From contig OX597816.1 in the NCBI GenBank assembly GCA_951406725.2, positions 131,750,001 through 131,814,000 on the forward strand: 64,000 nt of DNA. The letters are read 5' to 3'. The translations under genes were made by a program, and so were the position numbers. Each line of letters begins with the position of its first letter. The first letter of the stretch is position 1. Origin of the DNA: Octopus vulgaris (Eukaryota). Shown one piece after another: positions 63,377 through 64,000 of this stretch. The notes under the pieces are model-generated. The model was not told the origin of the DNA and did no database searches. It saw nothing but the letters and a program-made list of their open reading frames with translations.

Positions 63377-63810
63377 TTAATATAAACAACCAGATACAAT
63401 GTGATACAATACAGGAAAGATTCAATTGTTACCAAGTGTGACTTAGGATGCCAGAGCACCTACATTGCTAAAACTAAGAGTTAAAATACTCTTAATGCTG
63501 TAAGAAGAGTGCATACAATATACTCACATGCTGATGGAGAAGCAACCACACCAAGACCACTTCAAGGATCCTCAGACTAGATCTAGTTTCATCTATAACT
63601 GTCGACATCATCAGTGAGGACTGCTTGAATGGTGCATGATCAGCTAATTCCCTCTGCCAGCATATACGTATTTACCATAAAAATTTATGCACAATTTAGC
63701 TAACTGGTAATGCATATACTAACAATTAATATAAACAGCCAAGCACAATGTGATACCATAAAGGAAAAATATAATCATCACTAAGTGTGACTTAGGATGC
63801 TGGAGCACCG
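63373..63810 (-). mobile_element. Hammerhead-bearing element with 349-bp partial tandem unit (retrozyme/Penelope pLTR-like)
   Basis: 86-bp direct repeats at 63375-63460 and 63724-63809; hammerhead between them; abuts (TA)n. Confidence 0.8.
63569..63620 (-). ncRNA. Type I hammerhead ribozyme
   Basis: TCCTCA-CTGATGA-TGTCGACAGTTATAGAT-GAAA-CTAGATCTAG-TC-TGAGGA: 6-bp stem I, palindromic stem III, GUC cleavage triplet. Confidence 0.85.
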
Positions 63811-63824
63811 CCATTTGGGCTCAA

Positions 63825-64000
63825 CTCTCCTCCCCACTTTTCATCTACCTCCTCCCCGACTCCTACTTCTCTTCACTCCTACATCTTTTCACCCCGACTC
63901 TCTTTCCCTCTTCTTCCCTTCTTTCCCTTCTTCCCTCTTCTTCCCTTCTTTCCCTTCTTCCCTCTTCTCCCTCTTCTTCTCTCTTCTTCCCTCTTCCCCT
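63825..64000. repeat. Polypyrimidine (CTTCC/CTCTT) low-complexity tract
   Basis: Direct reading. Confidence 0.9.

Overview
AT-rich eukaryotic DNA made almost entirely of transposon debris and microsatellites. The repeat landscape (several tRNA-headed SINE families, RTE LINEs with (GAT)n tails, very dense CA/TA/TAA arrays) suggests an octopus/coleoid intron or intergenic region; this is an inference, not a database match. No host protein-coding gene is recognisable; at most two or three weak candidate small exons lie on the + strand. Elements read directly from the sequence: DD34D mariners, DD37D maT elements, RTE LINEs, R4/Dong-type RLE retroelements in (TAA)n arrays, an L1/Tx1-type 3' end, a Penelope-like GIY-YIG remnant, a non-autonomous Helitron, hAT and piggyBac MITEs, and many SINEs. 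The best RTE copy (60383-62550) has an intact RT core and a PHD-type zinc finger inside the RT region. Most interesting: (1) at least five, probably six, type I hammerhead ribozyme motifs in unrelated short microsatellite-associated elements, one in a 349-bp partial tandem unit (retrozyme/Penelope pLTR-like); (2) a decayed HDV-like ribozyme at an RTE 5' end; (3) a complete 761-bp TRIM-like mini LTR element with tRNA-Ser PBS, PPT and 5-bp TSD; (4) a repeat family carrying a full tRNA cloverleaf inside nested inverted repeats; (5) an exact templated insertion copied from 4 kb away with a circularly permuted junction. All calls come from manual reading; boundaries of degraded elements are approximate.
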